Assembly: GCA_041175545.1 (NCBI GenBank)
Contig: JBEDES010000003.1
Coordinates: 3,645-67,644 of the forward strand
Length of the DNA stretch: 64,000 bases
Source of the DNA: Actinomycetota bacterium
Lineage (GTDB): Bacteria > Actinomycetota > Actinomycetes > Nanopelagicales > Nanopelagicaceae
Reading direction: 5' to 3'
A program made the position numbers and the translations under genes. This document shows, piece after piece, positions 51,068 to 63,051 of this stretch (position 1 is the stretch's first letter; the number at the start of each line of letters is the position of its first letter). Below the pieces are notes generated by a model. It was not told the origin of the DNA. It made no database searches and worked only from the letters and a program-made list of their open reading frames with translations.

Positions 51068-52551
51068 TTACCTTGGCCTAATCTGTTGGCAGCGTGAACA
51101 GCGCTTAGTACTGCGGCAGCCTTATTGTGACACTCTTGATTTTCGCTCTCTGCATCAGAGTCAGCAACTATCCCAGCACCTGCCTGAACGTATGCAGTTC
51201 CATTAAGTAGCAGGGCAGTTCGAATCGCAATTGCTGTATCAAGATTCCCCGTGAAATCTATGTATCCCACTACTCCGCCGTAAACTCCACGACGGGTGCT
51301 TTCTTGTTCTTCGATAATCTCCATCGCTCTAGGCTTTGGCGCACCAGACAAAGTACCAGCTGGAAAAACTGAAAAGAGTGCATCGGTAGGTGTAGCACCT
51401 TCCTTAAGCTTTCCAGTCACAGTTGAAACAATATGCATTACATGTGAATAGCGTTCAATTTGCATGAAATCTGAAACTTCTACAGTTCCTGGCTCGCAAA
51501 CTCTTCCTAAATCATTACGCCCTAGATCTACTAACATTAAATGTTCTGCGCGCTCCTTTGGGTCTGCCAAAAGTTCCTGAGCTAATGCTTCATCTTCTAG
51601 TGGATCAGCCGATCGTCTACGTGTTCCAGCAATTGGATGAATCATCACATCTTTTTGATTGACTTTAACCAAAGCTTCTGGACTTGATCCAACTATTTCA
51701 ATTCCATTCGCAAACCTAAAGAGATACATGTACGGTGATGGATTATTCAAACGTAACATTCTATAGACGTCCATGGCATCAGCAGTTGTTGGCATGGAAA
51801 AACGTTGTGAGAGAACTACTTGAAATGCCTCTCCTGAAAGTATCTCTTCTTTAATCTTTACAACACTTGATTTAAAATCTTCTGCGCTGACATTCACATC
51901 ATAGGCTGGTTTTGAGAAATCTGGCATGCGCTGTCCTTGAGAGACGAGTGGGGCTGATAAATCTGACTCCATTTGATCAAGTCTGCTTTGACATGACGTG
52001 AACGCCTCATCTACGCGATCATCACTTCCATCCCAATTAATTGCATTAGCAATAAGAGTAATTGTTCCGTTGCTATGGTCAAAGACGGCAAGATCACTTG
52101 TCAGCATAAATGCGAGCTCAGGCAGATCGATATCTTTTACAGTTAAGTTTGGTAATTTTTCCAAACGACGAACAATGTCGTATCCCATGAAACCAACAAG
52201 ACCGCTTGTTAAAGGTGGCAGTCCTGGAATTTGGGGTGAACGCAGATGCGAAGCACAGATTCTCAACGCTTCTAAAGGATCAATGCCAAGAGGAGCACCC
52301 GCAGGCGCTGTTCCTTGCCAATGAGCAAGCCCATTTTTTTCACTCAAAGTAGCTTCACTTCTTACGCCGATGAACGAATATCGTGACCATGTTCCATCAT
52401 GTTCTGCTGATTCAAGTAGAAAAGTATTTTCTCGATTCTTTGCAAGTTTTTGATAAATCCCAACTGGTGTATTTCCATCGGCAAGTAAGTGTCGCGAAAC
52501 AGGAATTACGTTAAATGTCTTTGCATAGGCACGAAACTCTTCTAAGTTCAT
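51064..52551 (-). CDS. trpE: Anthranilate synthase component I
   Basis: FLLESAE, NPSPYMY, HPIAGTR, KERAEHLMLVDL and QAGAGIVADS. Confidence 0.96.
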   Translation of the reverse strand: MNLEEFRAYAKTFNVIPVSRHLLADGNTPVGIYQKLAKNRENTFLLESAEHDGTWSRYSFIGVRSEATLSEKNGLAHWQGTAPAGAPLGIDPLEALRICASHLRSPQIPGLPPLTSGLVGFMGYDIVRRLEKLPNLTVKDIDLPELAFMLTSDLAVFDHSNGTITLIANAINWDGSDDRVDEAFTSCQSRLDQMESDLSAPLVSQGQRMPDFSKPAYDVNVSAEDFKSSVVKIKEEILSGEAFQVVLSQRFSMPTTADAMDVYRMLRLNNPSPYMYLFRFANGIEIVGSSPEALVKVNQKDVMIHPIAGTRRRSADPLEDEALAQELLADPKERAEHLMLVDLGRNDLGRVCEPGTVEVSDFMQIERYSHVMHIVSTVTGKLKEGATPTDALFSVFPAGTLSGAPKPRAMEIIEEQESTRRGVYGGVVGYIDFTGNLDTAIAIRTALLLNGTAYVQAGAGIVADSDAESENQECHNKAAAVLSAVHAANRLGQGK

Positions 52552-52892
52552 GAGCGCTTTAAATCCAAAGGTTTATGAAAACAAGTCGCTTCACCGGTAT
52601 GACAAGCAACTCCGGTTTGCTGCACGCGAAATAAAAGCGCGTCGCCATCACAATCTAGTGAAATCGAACGGACCGCCTGTGTATGGCCAGATGTAGCCCC
52701 TTTTACCCATAACTGATTTCTACTTCGACTCCAGTAAGTAGCGTTACCGCTTTCAATGGTTAATGCCAATGAATGCGCATTTGAATATGCCAACATTAAA
52801 ATTTCCAATGATGCATCGTCTTGAACAATTGTTGGAATAAGCGATTCTGACTCTTTGAGCATAGCTAGGATGGCTGGATCTAGAGTGCTCAT
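52548..52892 (-). CDS. hisI: Phosphoribosyl-AMP cyclohydrolase
   Basis: YWSRSR, KGATSG, DCDGD and ACHTG..TCF. Confidence 0.96.
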   Translation of the reverse strand: MSTLDPAILAMLKESESLIPTIVQDDASLEILMLAYSNAHSLALTIESGNATYWSRSRNQLWVKGATSGHTQAVRSISLDCDGDALLFRVQQTGVACHTGEATCFHKPLDLKRS

Positions 52893-52906
52893 GGGTTAAT
52901 TCTGCC

Positions 52907-53680
52907 CTATGTGACTACAACGTTGCGCACTGGATAATTGTGCTTATTTAAGTAGGTCTTTACGTCACCAATTCGATGAGTTCCAAAATGAAAGACGCTT
53001 GCTGCTAGCAGTGCGTCTGCTCCAGCATCTAGGGCAGCAGCAAAATCAGAGAGTGCTCCTGCTCCTCCGCTAGCAATGAGTGGAACCTTTGCCACTTCTC
53101 TAACCGCAGTAATCATCCCAATGTCATAACCAGCTCTAGTGCCATCTGCATCCATTGAATTCAATAAGATCTCACCCACACCCAACTGACAGGCTTTTTC
53201 AACCCATTGCAATGCATCGATACCAGAGCTCTCTCTTCCACCATGTGTAGTGACTTCAAATCCCGACTCCGTCCGTGCCCGTCTAGCATCGACCGAAAGC
53301 ACAAGTACTTGTGAACCAAAGCGATCTGCAATCTCTGCAATTAGTTCTGGGCGAGTGATTGCCGATGTATTTATCGAGACTTTATCTGCTCCTGCTCGAA
53401 GCAACCTGTCAACATCGCCTACTGAGCGAATTCCACCACCAACAGTTAAAGGTATAAAAACTTGTTCCGCTGTTTTGCGTACAATATCTAAAGTTGTTTC
53501 ACGGTTTGATGATGATGCTGAAATATCTAGAAACGTTAATTCATCAGCACCTTCACGATCATAAAGCGATGACATCTCAACAGGATCACCGGCATCGACA
53601 AGATTAGTGAAATTAACACCTTTGACAACTCGCCCATCGGTTACGTCAAGGCAAGGAATAATTCGAACAGAAAGAGCCAT
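52907..53680 (-). CDS. hisF: Imidazole glycerol phosphate synthase cyclase subunit
   Basis: [23 protein letters not shown] and AASVFH. Confidence 0.97.
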   Translation of the reverse strand: MALSVRIIPCLDVTDGRVVKGVNFTNLVDAGDPVEMSSLYDREGADELTFLDISASSSNRETTLDIVRKTAEQVFIPLTVGGGIRSVGDVDRLLRAGADKVSINTSAITRPELIAEIADRFGSQVLVLSVDARRARTESGFEVTTHGGRESSGIDALQWVEKACQLGVGEILLNSMDADGTRAGYDIGMITAVREVAKVPLIASGGAGALSDFAAALDAGADALLAASVFHFGTHRIGDVKTYLNKHNYPVRNVVVT

Positions 53681-53732
53681 AATCTCCTTACTCCTCCCTT
53701 AAAGTTTTCACGATTTTAGATTTCAATTTTAG

Positions 53733-54464
53733 CTATTTAGCAGAACTGCTAACTTGCAACGCCTGTTCCAGAGTGAAAGCTCCGGCATATAACGCCTTAC
53801 CGACAATTGCACCTTCTACTCCAATGCTTTGAAGCCCTGCTAGTGCAGAAATGTCTTCAAGTGTTGCTATGCCTCCACTTGCTATTACGGGCTTGTCAGT
53901 TACCGCACAGACAGATTTTAATAATTCTAAATTTGGTCCCATCAGTGTTCCATCTTTTGCAACATCTGTTACTACGTATCGGCTGCATCCATCTCGCTCT
54001 AATCGCGCAATAGTTTCAAAAAGGTCCCCGCCTTCTTGCGTCCAACCTCTTGCAGCCAGCGTATGCCCACGAACATCTAGACCTACCGCGATTCGATCTC
54101 CGTGTTCTGCAATAACGCGCGCTGTCCACTCAGGATTTTCGAGTGCGGCTGTTCCGAGATTTACTCGACGGCAACCTGTTGCCAACGCTCTTGCCAACGA
54201 TGCCTCATCTCGAATACCGCCAGAAAGTTCGACATCGATATCTAATCTGCCTACAACTTCAGCCAACAGCTCTGAGTTTTCACCACGCCCAAATGCTGCA
54301 TCCAAATCCACTAAGTGAAGCCAAGTTGCTCCAGCTGATTGAAAATCCAATGCAACATCTAGCGGCGCTCCGTAGATACTCTCCTGAGTTATTTCACCTT
54401 GAACAAGCCGAACAGCTCGACCATCTTTAACGTCAACCGCGGGAAGTAAATAAAAATTACTCAT
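53733..54464 (-). CDS. priA: PriA (HisA/TrpF) isomerase
   Basis: [27 protein letters not shown] and ARGW; no trpF in the adjacent trp cluster. Confidence 0.9.
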   Translation of the reverse strand: MSNFYLLPAVDVKDGRAVRLVQGEITQESIYGAPLDVALDFQSAGATWLHLVDLDAAFGRGENSELLAEVVGRLDIDVELSGGIRDEASLARALATGCRRVNLGTAALENPEWTARVIAEHGDRIAVGLDVRGHTLAARGWTQEGGDLFETIARLERDGCSRYVVTDVAKDGTLMGPNLELLKSVCAVTDKPVIASGGIATLEDISALAGLQSIGVEGAIVGKALYAGAFTLEQALQVSSSAK

Positions 54465-55072
54465 AAGGAATCAATCCAATTCTTGATCAAAGCCAGCCCT
54501 GCAGCTCCAGACTTTTCTGGATGGAACTGAGTTGCACTTACATATTCATCTTCAACAACAGAAAGAAATCTCTCTCCATAAACACTCCAACTTTGAGCTT
54601 TACCTACCGGAGATTTTGCAGCATAAGAATGCACAAAATAAAAAGACTGATCTTCTATGCCTTTAAGTAGAACAGAGTTTTGATCTGCTTCAATCGAGTT
54701 CCACCCCATATGTGGCAGGACCGGTGCTTTGAGGCGATCTACAACGCCGTCGAATACACCGATTCCTGCATGCTGTTCAGATCCACCCTTTTCAGTTCCC
54801 TCTGTTCCATGTGAAAACATGATCTGCATTCCAATACATATACCCAAAACAGGACGTTCTTTGGCAATGCGCTCTCGCACGATTGACGCACCATTAATCG
54901 CATTAATTCCATTCATGCACGAAGCAAAAGCGCCTACTCCAGGAACTACTAAACCATCTGCATCAAGTGCAATCTCAGGATCTGATGTAACAACAACCTC
55001 TTCCCCCGAACTTGCAAATGCACGTTCGGCAGATCGGAGATTTCCAGATCCGTAATCAAGAATTGCGATCAA
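54461..55072 (-). CDS. hisH: Imidazole glycerol phosphate synthase glutaminase subunit
   Basis: [23 protein letters not shown] and QFHPEKS. Confidence 0.97.
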   Translation of the reverse strand: MIAILDYGSGNLRSAERAFASSGEEVVVTSDPEIALDADGLVVPGVGAFASCMNGINAINGASIVRERIAKERPVLGICIGMQIMFSHGTEGTEKGGSEQHAGIGVFDGVVDRLKAPVLPHMGWNSIEADQNSVLLKGIEDQSFYFVHSYAAKSPVGKAQSWSVYGERFLSVVEDEYVSATQFHPEKSGAAGLALIKNWIDSL

Positions 55073-55653
55073 AGAGAACCCTTTGTTGATGGAATTCCTG
55101 CCACTCTTCCATCGAGTGAAACAGCATCTCGTAATGCTCGCGCCACAGCTTTAAATTGAGCTTCAAATACATGGTGTGCGTTTCGACCTTCTAAAACTCG
55201 AACATGCAAGGCTATTCGTGCTTCGGCAACGATTGATTCCCAGATGTGCTTTCCGAGAGTCGTATCAAAAGTACCGATTAACTCAACGATTTCTGGTTGA
55301 CGATGAACAAGATATGGTCGCCCCGAAAGATCTACAGCTGCTTGCACTAAAACTTCATCGAGAGGGACCATTGAGTCTCCAAAACGACGTATTCCCGTTT
55401 TGTCACCAAGTGCTTCTCGTAATGCCTGACCAAATGCAAGTGAGGTGTCTTCAACGCTGTGGTGAGAATCAACTTCAACATCACCTGTTGTTTTGATCAT
55501 TAAATCAAAACCAGAATGCTTTCCTAGTTGAGACATCATGTGGTCGAAAAAAGGAACTCCTGTTGACACATCGATAACACCCTGACCATCTAGATTGAGT
55601 TCGACAATTACGTGTGACTCTTTTGTTTTTCTCTCAACGCGTACTTTTCTCAT
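55069..55653 (-). CDS. hisB: Imidazoleglycerol-phosphate dehydratase
   Basis: DSHHSVED and GRNAHHVFEAQFK. Confidence 0.97.
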   Translation of the reverse strand: MRKVRVERKTKESHVIVELNLDGQGVIDVSTGVPFFDHMMSQLGKHSGFDLMIKTTGDVEVDSHHSVEDTSLAFGQALREALGDKTGIRRFGDSMVPLDEVLVQAAVDLSGRPYLVHRQPEIVELIGTFDTTLGKHIWESIVAEARIALHVRVLEGRNAHHVFEAQFKAVARALRDAVSLDGRVAGIPSTKGSL

Positions 55654-55664
55654 CGATTTCTCCT

Positions 55665-56750
55665 TTAGATCAGTTCCTTTAGGGCAGCTATGAATAAATC
55701 ATTCTCGGCCTCATTGCCAATTGTCACTCGAAGATGCCCAGATACTCCCACATCTCGTATCAGAACACCCTTTTTAAGTAAATCTGACCACAGCTGCGTC
55801 GCATCTTGGGGGAAGCCTGTAAATAAAATGAAGTTGGCATCGCTATCGATGGTTTTCAAACCAAGGGAGGTCAGAGCTTTAACCATTCTATTTCTAGCTT
55901 CAATTAATGTATCTACATCTGCTAACAACTCTTCTTTGAAATCAAGCGCAACTTGCGCAACAGCCTGAGTTATGGAACTTAAATGATACGGGAGGCGAAC
56001 AATAAGCATGGCATCTATGACTTTAGGATCAGCCACCAAATATCCGACACGGGCCCCTGCAAATGCGAAAGCTTTACTCATTGTTCGAATCACAATTACA
56101 TGGGGATTATTTGAAATCATAGTAACTGCAGATACATGTTCAGAAAATTCTGCATAAGCTTCATCAATAACTAACAGACCACCCACGGCCTTTACCGCTT
56201 CAGCGATTTTTAAGATATCAGCAATTTCAACAGCACCACCTGTAGGATTATTTGGTGTTGTTAAAAATGTTAACGTTGGCTGGTTGGTTTGAATCTGTTT
56301 AATAGCATCTTCAATATTGAGTGAGAAATTTGAATTCCGTGATCCATCTATCCAATCAGTCTTAGTTACTCGTCCAATAAGTGCATGCATTGAATATGAA
56401 GGTGTAAAACCTAATGCTTTTCCCTGTCCAAATGCCAAGAAAATTGATTGAATTACTTCATTGCTTCCATTTGCAACCCAGATATTTTCTTGAGTAAAAC
56501 CGGTAGAACTTAACTCATTAATGTATGTCGCTAATTTATTCCTCAAGTGTTGGGCATCACGATCAGGATAACGATTGAGTTGGGAGGAAATTTCAGATAC
56601 TGCGAGAGTTATCGCTTTCTGTAATTGCTCTGAGAGGGCGTAAGGATTCTCATTTGTATTTAGAGACGCTTGGGCCGCGACTTGCGGTGCCCCATAAGGT
56701 GAAAGTGATCGTAAATCCGAGCGAAGCGGTAACCAGTCCGGCCAACTCAT
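55665..56750 (-). CDS. hisC: Histidinol-phosphate aminotransferase
   Basis: [17 protein letters not shown] and [15 protein letters not shown]. Confidence 0.96.
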   Translation of the reverse strand: MSWPDWLPLRSDLRSLSPYGAPQVAAQASLNTNENPYALSEQLQKAITLAVSEISSQLNRYPDRDAQHLRNKLATYINELSSTGFTQENIWVANGSNEVIQSIFLAFGQGKALGFTPSYSMHALIGRVTKTDWIDGSRNSNFSLNIEDAIKQIQTNQPTLTFLTTPNNPTGGAVEIADILKIAEAVKAVGGLLVIDEAYAEFSEHVSAVTMISNNPHVIVIRTMSKAFAFAGARVGYLVADPKVIDAMLIVRLPYHLSSITQAVAQVALDFKEELLADVDTLIEARNRMVKALTSLGLKTIDSDANFILFTGFPQDATQLWSDLLKKGVLIRDVGVSGHLRVTIGNEAENDLFIAALKELI

Positions 56751-58057
56751 GATGTCTTCTCATTTCTTGCAAGCATGGCTTCACCGTGTGCTGGAAGATC
56801 TTCTGCGTTAGCAAGAGTTACTACGGTATCTACAATCTGGTTAAAAGCATCTTGTGAATATTCGACAAAATGCAGGCCACGCAAAAAACTTTGGACAGAT
56901 AATCCACTTGAGTGGCATGCGCACCCACCTGTTGGAAGGACGTGATTTGATCCAGCAGAATAGTCACCTAATGAAACTGGCGTGTAACGGCCAATAAAAA
57001 CTGCTCCTGCATTTCTGATTTTAGTAGAAATTTGGCGAGCATCTCTGCATTGAATCTCTAGGTGTTCTGCTGCATAGGCATTAACAACATCAACTCCCTG
57101 ATCTAAGTTATCAACCAACACGATTGCTGATTGCACGCCAGCAAGAGCTTCGCGTATGCGATCAGAGTGTTTGGTTGCAGACACTCTGATCTTTAATTCG
57201 TATGCAGTTTTCTCGGCAAGTTCTAATGAATCGGTCACTAAAATGGCAGCTGCAATTACATCGTGTTCTGCTTGACTGATTAAATCCGCGGCAACATCAC
57301 TTGGCAATGCAGTTGAGTCTGCCAAAATTGCAATTTCGGTTGGTCCTGCCTCTGAATCAATTCCGATCACTCCTCGTAATGCTCTCTTTGCTGCTGCAAC
57401 ATAGATATTTCCAGGGCCTGTTACAAGATCAACTTTTTCGCACACTCCATCCATTCCATAGGCAAATAGAGCAATGGCCTGTGCCCCACCAACTGCGTAA
57501 ACTTCTGTAATTCCTAATAGCGCACACGTTGCAAGAATTGTTGGATGAGGCAAGCCACCAAACTCTTTTTGCGGCGGAGATGCAACGGCGATAGATGCAA
57601 CTTGTGCGATCTGAGCAGGTATTACATTCATCATCACACTGCTTGGATAAACGGCTCGACCGCCAGGAACATATAACCCAACTCGATCAACAGGTATCCA
57701 TTTTTCTGTGACAGTTGCACCCTCTACAACCGTCGTGGTTTTTTCACTTCGAATCTGGTCATTGTGAACTTTCTTGATTCGAGAAATCGATGCCTCTAGA
57801 GCTGCCCGTACTTTGGAATCCAGGTTTTGCAAAGCTGTATCTAGATCAGATTGAGGAACTCTTATTGAGGTCGGCTTTACACCATCAAATTCTTGAGAAA
57901 GCTCTATCAAATCTTCCTGTGTTCCGTTTTTTACTCGCAGCAATATTGGGTGAATTAGATCCAATGCTTGTTCGATATTGAAGTCTGCGCGAGGAAGTTG
58001 GAAGGCATACCCTGCTTTTGATAGCGCCTTTCCGCGTAGGTCAACGGTGCGAATCAT
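56747..58057 (-). CDS. hisD: Histidinol dehydrogenase
   Basis: YVPGGRA, GGAQAI, EAGPTE and AEHLE. Confidence 0.97.
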   Translation of the reverse strand: MIRTVDLRGKALSKAGYAFQLPRADFNIEQALDLIHPILLRVKNGTQEDLIELSQEFDGVKPTSIRVPQSDLDTALQNLDSKVRAALEASISRIKKVHNDQIRSEKTTTVVEGATVTEKWIPVDRVGLYVPGGRAVYPSSVMMNVIPAQIAQVASIAVASPPQKEFGGLPHPTILATCALLGITEVYAVGGAQAIALFAYGMDGVCEKVDLVTGPGNIYVAAAKRALRGVIGIDSEAGPTEIAILADSTALPSDVAADLISQAEHDVIAAAILVTDSLELAEKTAYELKIRVSATKHSDRIREALAGVQSAIVLVDNLDQGVDVVNAYAAEHLEIQCRDARQISTKIRNAGAVFIGRYTPVSLGDYSAGSNHVLPTGGCACHSSGLSVQSFLRGLHFVEYSQDAFNQIVDTVVTLANAEDLPAHGEAMLARNEKTS

Positions 58058-58100
58058 GCCGCAATCGTATCGGCTCTACGTTAAATCTCGCCGATGGTTT

Positions 58101-61100
58101 CTAAACTAAGCAGTTGGGTCCCAAAATTGATTTCAAATCTGCGCTCAGACTAGGCGAAGAAGTGATTAATGCATCAACCTTCATGACAGTACTGGATCCG
58201 TTATCTCGTAATTGAAGATGAACTTCTCGTTTACCTGGGTGAGATCTAAGAATCTCTTTTATTCGTTCAACCACTGGTGGTGTGCACTGAGCTATTGGAA
58301 GAGAAATCACAAGTGGGCCAACGGGCATTGACTTAATCTCAGGTATCGACATTTCAAGTGCTGTAAATCTCAGTGCATCCTCTCGTCTATCAACGCGACC
58401 TCTAATTGTGACGATCCGATCCTCAGTTAGTGTTATTGAATACTGATTATAGGTATTTGCAAAGAACAAAACTTCTATCGAACCCTCGAGATCCTCCACT
58501 GTAACAACTGCCCAGGATGCGCCTTGTCGCGAAACTTTTCTCACAACGCTTGTTATCAATCCACCAATAGTGACAATCGATTCATGCTGTGCACCATCAT
58601 CTACCAATTCGCTGATAGTTAAATCGGTGTTAGCGCGCAGAACATGCTCTACTCCTAGAAGCGGGTGGTCAGAGACATAGAGACCTAACATCTCTCTTTC
58701 ATATGAAAGAAGTATGGATTTTTCCCATTCACCCTCTGGAATTTGAATATCTAATCCAGAAACAGCAGTAACTTCTTCTCCCCCAAAAAGATCAAATTGG
58801 CCGATAGCTTCAGCTCTCTTTGATTCAATCACTGAATCAATGGCCTCCAAGTGAACAGCAATAAGTCCTTTTCTTGTTGAACCAAGAGATCCAAATGCTC
58901 CAGCTTTGATTAATGATTCAATAGTTTTTTTATTGCAAACCTGGGCATCAACTTTTGCTAAGAAATCACCAAATGACGTGAATTTTCCTTTAGTTTCACG
59001 CGCAGCCTTGATGGAGGCAACTACACCTTCACCGACATTTCTAATTGCCGCCAAACCAAAACGGATATCCACACCACGTGGTGTGTATTCGGCATCTGAT
59101 TCATTGACATCTGGAGGTAGAACTTTGATACCCATCCGTCGACATTCAGAAAGATAAAGAGCAGATTTATCTTTATCATCTCTTACAGAAGTTAACAGCG
59201 CCGCCATGTACTCAGTTGGAAAGTTGGCCTTTAAATAGGCTGTCCAATACGAGACAACTCCATACCCTGCTGAGTGAGCGCGGTTAAAAGCATAATCAGA
59301 GAAGGGAATCAAAGTATCCCAAAGGCGCTTGATTGCAGCTGTAGAAAATCCATTAGCTTTCATTCCAGCTTCAAAGGGAACATATTCCTTATCTAGAATC
59401 TCTTTATTCTTTTTACCCATAGCCTTACGTAAAAGATCTGCGCGACCCAGTGAGAAACCCGCTACTTTTTGTGCGATCGCCATTACCTGCTCCTGATAAA
59501 CGATCAGTCCATAGGTATCACCGAGAATTTCTTGCAAGGAATCGGAGAGTTCATTATGAATTGGTTCGACAGGTTTGCGATTATTCTTTCGGTCAGCATA
59601 CAAATTGTGAGAGTTTTCTCCCATAGGACCTGGGCGATATAAAGCAATTACCGCAGAAATATCTTGGAAAGAATCTGGTGACAAACTTTTCAGTAGCGCA
59701 CGCATTGGCCCACCATCTAGTTGGAATACACCCAATGTTTCACCACGGCTAAGAAGTTCAAAAGTCTTTGGATCATCTAAGGTCAAATCTTCAAGAACAA
59801 CTTCGATGCCTTGGTTGGCTTTAATGTTTAGAAGGCAATCATCTAGAACCGAGAGATTTCTAAGACCTAAGAAGTCCATTTTTAGTAACCCAGTTGCTTC
59901 ACATGCGCCCATATCAAACTGAGTAATTATTGCTCCGTCTGCTTCACGTCGGTGAATTGGAATTACATCAAGTAATGGTTCGCGAGAGAGAATTACTCCA
60001 GCCGCATGCACTCCCCATTGTCGCTTTAAGCCTTCTAGACCACGGGCGGTGTCTATAACTCGCTTAGAGTCAGAGTCTGATTCATAAAGTGAACGAAACT
60101 CACCTGCCTCTGAATAACGTTCATCTTTGGGATCAAAAACACCAGATAAAGATATGTCTTTACCCATTACTGATGGTGGTAATGCCTTTGTTAACTTTTC
60201 ACCAATAACATATGGATAGCCCAAGACACGGGTTGAGTCCTTAATCGCCTGCTTAGACTTAATAGTTCCGTACGTAATTATTTGTGCAACGCGATCTTCT
60301 CCATATTTATTGGTTGCATAACGAATCATTTCACTTCGTCGACGCTCATCGAAGTCAAGGTCAATATCAGGCATTGAAATACGTTCTGGATTTAAGAAGC
60401 GCTCAAAAAGTAATCCATGCTCGATTGGATCTAATCCAGTAATACCCAGTGAATATGCAACCAATGATCCAGCAGCAGATCCTCTACCTGGACCAACTCG
60501 AATTCCAACTTTCTTTGCATGTGCTACTAAATCTGCAACCACTAGAAAATATCCAGGAAATCCCATCTTTTCCATTACGCCAAGTTCATACTCCAGACGG
60601 TTCTCGTGAGCAGGAGTTAATCGTGAACCCATCCGTTCCTTTAAACCAATCTGAGCCTGTTTTTTTAGCCATGTATCTTCTGTTTCACCAGATGGAACTT
60701 CAAATTTTGGAAGAAGATTCTCACCCTCGCGCAATGTGACATTACATCTTTCGGCTATTAGTAATGTGTTATCGCAACTTTCAGGAAGGTCTTTGAAGAG
60801 TTCTCTCATCTGTGCTGGAGTCTTAACGTAGAAAGAATCATTATCGAACTTGAAACGTTTTGGGTCAGCCAATGTGGACCCTGACTGAACACAAAGAAGC
60901 GCCTCGTGTGCTGGTGCATCTGCTTGCAATGTGTAATGAAGGTCATTAGTTGCAAGGAATGGAATGCCTAATTCTTTACCTAACCGAAGCAGATCATCCT
61001 TGACGCGAGATTCAATCTCAATTCCATGATCCATGATCTCCAAAAAGTAATTTTCTTTACCAAAAATATCGCGATAATCACTTGCTGCTTTTAGCGCTTC

Positions 61101-61607
61101 TTTATACGCACCCATTCGAAGTCTGGTTTGAATTTCACCACCTGGGCAACCAGTTGTTGCAATTAACCCTCCTGCATATTTGGCTAAAAGCTCGCGATCC
61201 ATTCTTGGTTTGTAGTAATAACCCTCTAAGGAAGCAAGCGAAGAGAGACGAAATAAATTTCCAAGGCCTTCATTATTTTCAGCCAAAATTGTCATGTGCG
61301 TGTACGCACCGCCGCCAGAAACATCATCCTCGCCACCGCCGGCCCATTGGACACGTTTCTTGTCTAAGCGTGATTCTGGAGCAACGTACGCTTCAATTCC
61401 GATAATCGGTTTTACATCTGCTTTTTTTGCTGCTTTATAAAACTCGAACGCTCCAAAAACATTACCGTGATCTGTCATTGCGATCGCTGGCATCGACTGT
61501 GATTTAACTTCAGCCATCAACTCACTAATGCGCGCTGCACCATCGAGCATTGAGTACTCGGTATGCACATGCAGATGTACGAAATTGTCTTTGTTCTGGT
61601 TAGACAT
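58101..61607 (-). CDS. dnaE: DNA polymerase III alpha subunit
   Basis: HLHVHTEYSMLDG (PHP domain), GRGSAAGS, MPDIDLDF and KMDFLGL; no intein visible. Confidence 0.98.
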   Translation of the reverse strand: MSNQNKDNFVHLHVHTEYSMLDGAARISELMAEVKSQSMPAIAMTDHGNVFGAFEFYKAAKKADVKPIIGIEAYVAPESRLDKKRVQWAGGGEDDVSGGGAYTHMTILAENNEGLGNLFRLSSLASLEGYYYKPRMDRELLAKYAGGLIATTGCPGGEIQTRLRMGAYKEALKAASDYRDIFGKENYFLEIMDHGIEIESRVKDDLLRLGKELGIPFLATNDLHYTLQADAPAHEALLCVQSGSTLADPKRFKFDNDSFYVKTPAQMRELFKDLPESCDNTLLIAERCNVTLREGENLLPKFEVPSGETEDTWLKKQAQIGLKERMGSRLTPAHENRLEYELGVMEKMGFPGYFLVVADLVAHAKKVGIRVGPGRGSAAGSLVAYSLGITGLDPIEHGLLFERFLNPERISMPDIDLDFDERRRSEMIRYATNKYGEDRVAQIITYGTIKSKQAIKDSTRVLGYPYVIGEKLTKALPPSVMGKDISLSGVFDPKDERYSEAGEFRSLYESDSDSKRVIDTARGLEGLKRQWGVHAAGVILSREPLLDVIPIHRREADGAIITQFDMGACEATGLLKMDFLGLRNLSVLDDCLLNIKANQGIEVVLEDLTLDDPKTFELLSRGETLGVFQLDGGPMRALLKSLSPDSFQDISAVIALYRPGPMGENSHNLYADRKNNRKPVEPIHNELSDSLQEILGDTYGLIVYQEQVMAIAQKVAGFSLGRADLLRKAMGKKNKEILDKEYVPFEAGMKANGFSTAAIKRLWDTLIPFSDYAFNRAHSAGYGVVSYWTAYLKANFPTEYMAALLTSVRDDKDKSALYLSECRRMGIKVLPPDVNESDAEYTPRGVDIRFGLAAIRNVGEGVVASIKAARETKGKFTSFGDFLAKVDAQVCNKKTIESLIKAGAFGSLGSTRKGLIAVHLEAIDSVIESKRAEAIGQFDLFGGEEVTAVSGLDIQIPEGEWEKSILLSYEREMLGLYVSDHPLLGVEHVLRANTDLTISELVDDGAQHESIVTIGGLITSVVRKVSRQGASWAVVTVEDLEGSIEVLFFANTYNQYSITLTEDRIVTIRGRVDRREDALRFTALEMSIPEIKSMPVGPLVISLPIAQCTPPVVERIKEILRSHPGKREVHLQLRDNGSSTVMKVDALITSSPSLSADLKSILGPNCLV

Positions 61608-61625
61608 GATTGGCGAGATTAGTGG

Positions 61626-62567
61626 CTATGGCAGAACTGCGTCGGAAAGCAACGCCAGTGAGCCTGTGAGATCGGAGGGATAAGGGGCTTTGAAGTTAAG
61701 TTTGACCTGCGTAACGGGATGGGAAAAAGAGAGTTCGGCGGCATGTAGCCAAGGTCGAGACATACCCAGACTTTTGCCTAGCACTGGGTCAGCACCATAG
61801 GTCGTATCGCCCACCAAGGGATGATGCAGGGCTGAAAAGTGAACTCGAATTTGATGAGTTCGTCCAGTTTCCAATTCAATCTTTACCATTGATACTGCTC
61901 GATAAAACTCAATCACTTCATAGTGGGTAATTGATTCTTTGCCTGTTGCAACAACTGCAAATCGATGATCTTCTTTAGGATGTCTATCTATCGGAGCATC
62001 AATTGTTCCTGTTGATGGATCCATGTGACCCTGCACAAGCGCGTGATAAATCTTTGAAACAGTTCTGTTTCTAAATGCATCCTTTAATGCATGAAAAGCT
62101 TGATCACTCTTTGCAACAATCATCAAGCCACTTGTTCCAACATCTAAACGATGAACAATTCCCTGTCTTTCAGCTGGACCAGACGTTGAAACCGAGTATC
62201 CAGCTGCCATTAATGCGCCCACAACTGTTGGACCCGTCCAGCCAGGACTTGGGTGAGCAGCGCAACCAACAGGCTTATCTATAACAACAAGGTCATCATC
62301 ATCATAGATAATTGTTAAACCTTCCAAAGGCGTCAGAGGAATTGGATCACTGTTAATTGGGGCGGGCATCAAGACTTCGATTACTTGACCAGCTGTTACA
62401 CGCTCTGACTTGGGCATAACTTTGCCATTTGTTGTGATGTCACCATCTTCGAGCAGTTTAACTACTGAAGTTCTGGAAAGTCCAAGCACTCGAGTGAGCG
62501 CGCTATCGATTCTCTCTCCTGCTACTCCTTCAGGAACCGAAAGTGTTCGTAACTCTCTCTGAATCAT
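61626..62567 (-). CDS. rluD: RluA/RluD-family pseudouridine synthase
   Basis: S4 domain, HRLDVGTSG and GRTHQIRVH. Confidence 0.9.
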   Translation of the reverse strand: MIQRELRTLSVPEGVAGERIDSALTRVLGLSRTSVVKLLEDGDITTNGKVMPKSERVTAGQVIEVLMPAPINSDPIPLTPLEGLTIIYDDDDLVVIDKPVGCAAHPSPGWTGPTVVGALMAAGYSVSTSGPAERQGIVHRLDVGTSGLMIVAKSDQAFHALKDAFRNRTVSKIYHALVQGHMDPSTGTIDAPIDRHPKEDHRFAVVATGKESITHYEVIEFYRAVSMVKIELETGRTHQIRVHFSALHHPLVGDTTYGADPVLGKSLGMSRPWLHAAELSFSHPVTQVKLNFKAPYPSDLTGSLALLSDAVLP

Positions 62568-63049
62568 GAATCTGACTTTACTCTTGCAATAGGGGAAATA
62601 TTTCTTACCGAAAGAATCATTGAGACTACAGCTGCTAGAACTATTGCAGAATCAGCAATGTTAAAAACAGGCCAGTTAGGAACTTGAAGCCAATCAATAA
62701 CATGACCTCTTAAAACACCTGGTTCACGAAAAATGCGATCGACTAGATTTCCTAAAATTCCACCCATTGCAAGCCCTAGTACAACCGACCAACCTCTTGA
62801 GGTAATTTTGGTTGAATAATAAAAAATAACTCCCATAACTAAAAATCCAAAGAGCGTTAAGAAGATTGTCGCTCCCTCTGCTACAGAAAAAGCAGCTCCA
62901 GGATTTCGCACAAGTGTAAGTTGGAAAAAATCACCGATTATTTTGATATTGGACCGATCTGACAGTGTGTTTACTGCCCATAACTTGGTTGCGAGATCCA
63001 AAACCCAAACAAACCAGGCAACACCATAAAGTGTGCGCCAATGCTGCAC
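62564..63049 (-). CDS. lspA: Lipoprotein signal peptidase II
   Basis: NPGAAFS, GNLVDR and FNIADS. Confidence 0.96.
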   Translation of the reverse strand: MQHWRTLYGVAWFVWVLDLATKLWAVNTLSDRSNIKIIGDFFQLTLVRNPGAAFSVAEGATIFLTLFGFLVMGVIFYYSTKITSRGWSVVLGLAMGGILGNLVDRIFREPGVLRGHVIDWLQVPNWPVFNIADSAIVLAAVVSMILSVRNISPIARVKSDS

Positions 63050-63051
63050 AG

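Noticed and set aside
48134-58057. Absence of trpD, trpG, trpF, hisG and hisE from the trp/his cluster
   Set aside because: Normal for Actinobacteria: these genes usually lie elsewhere and PriA covers TrpF
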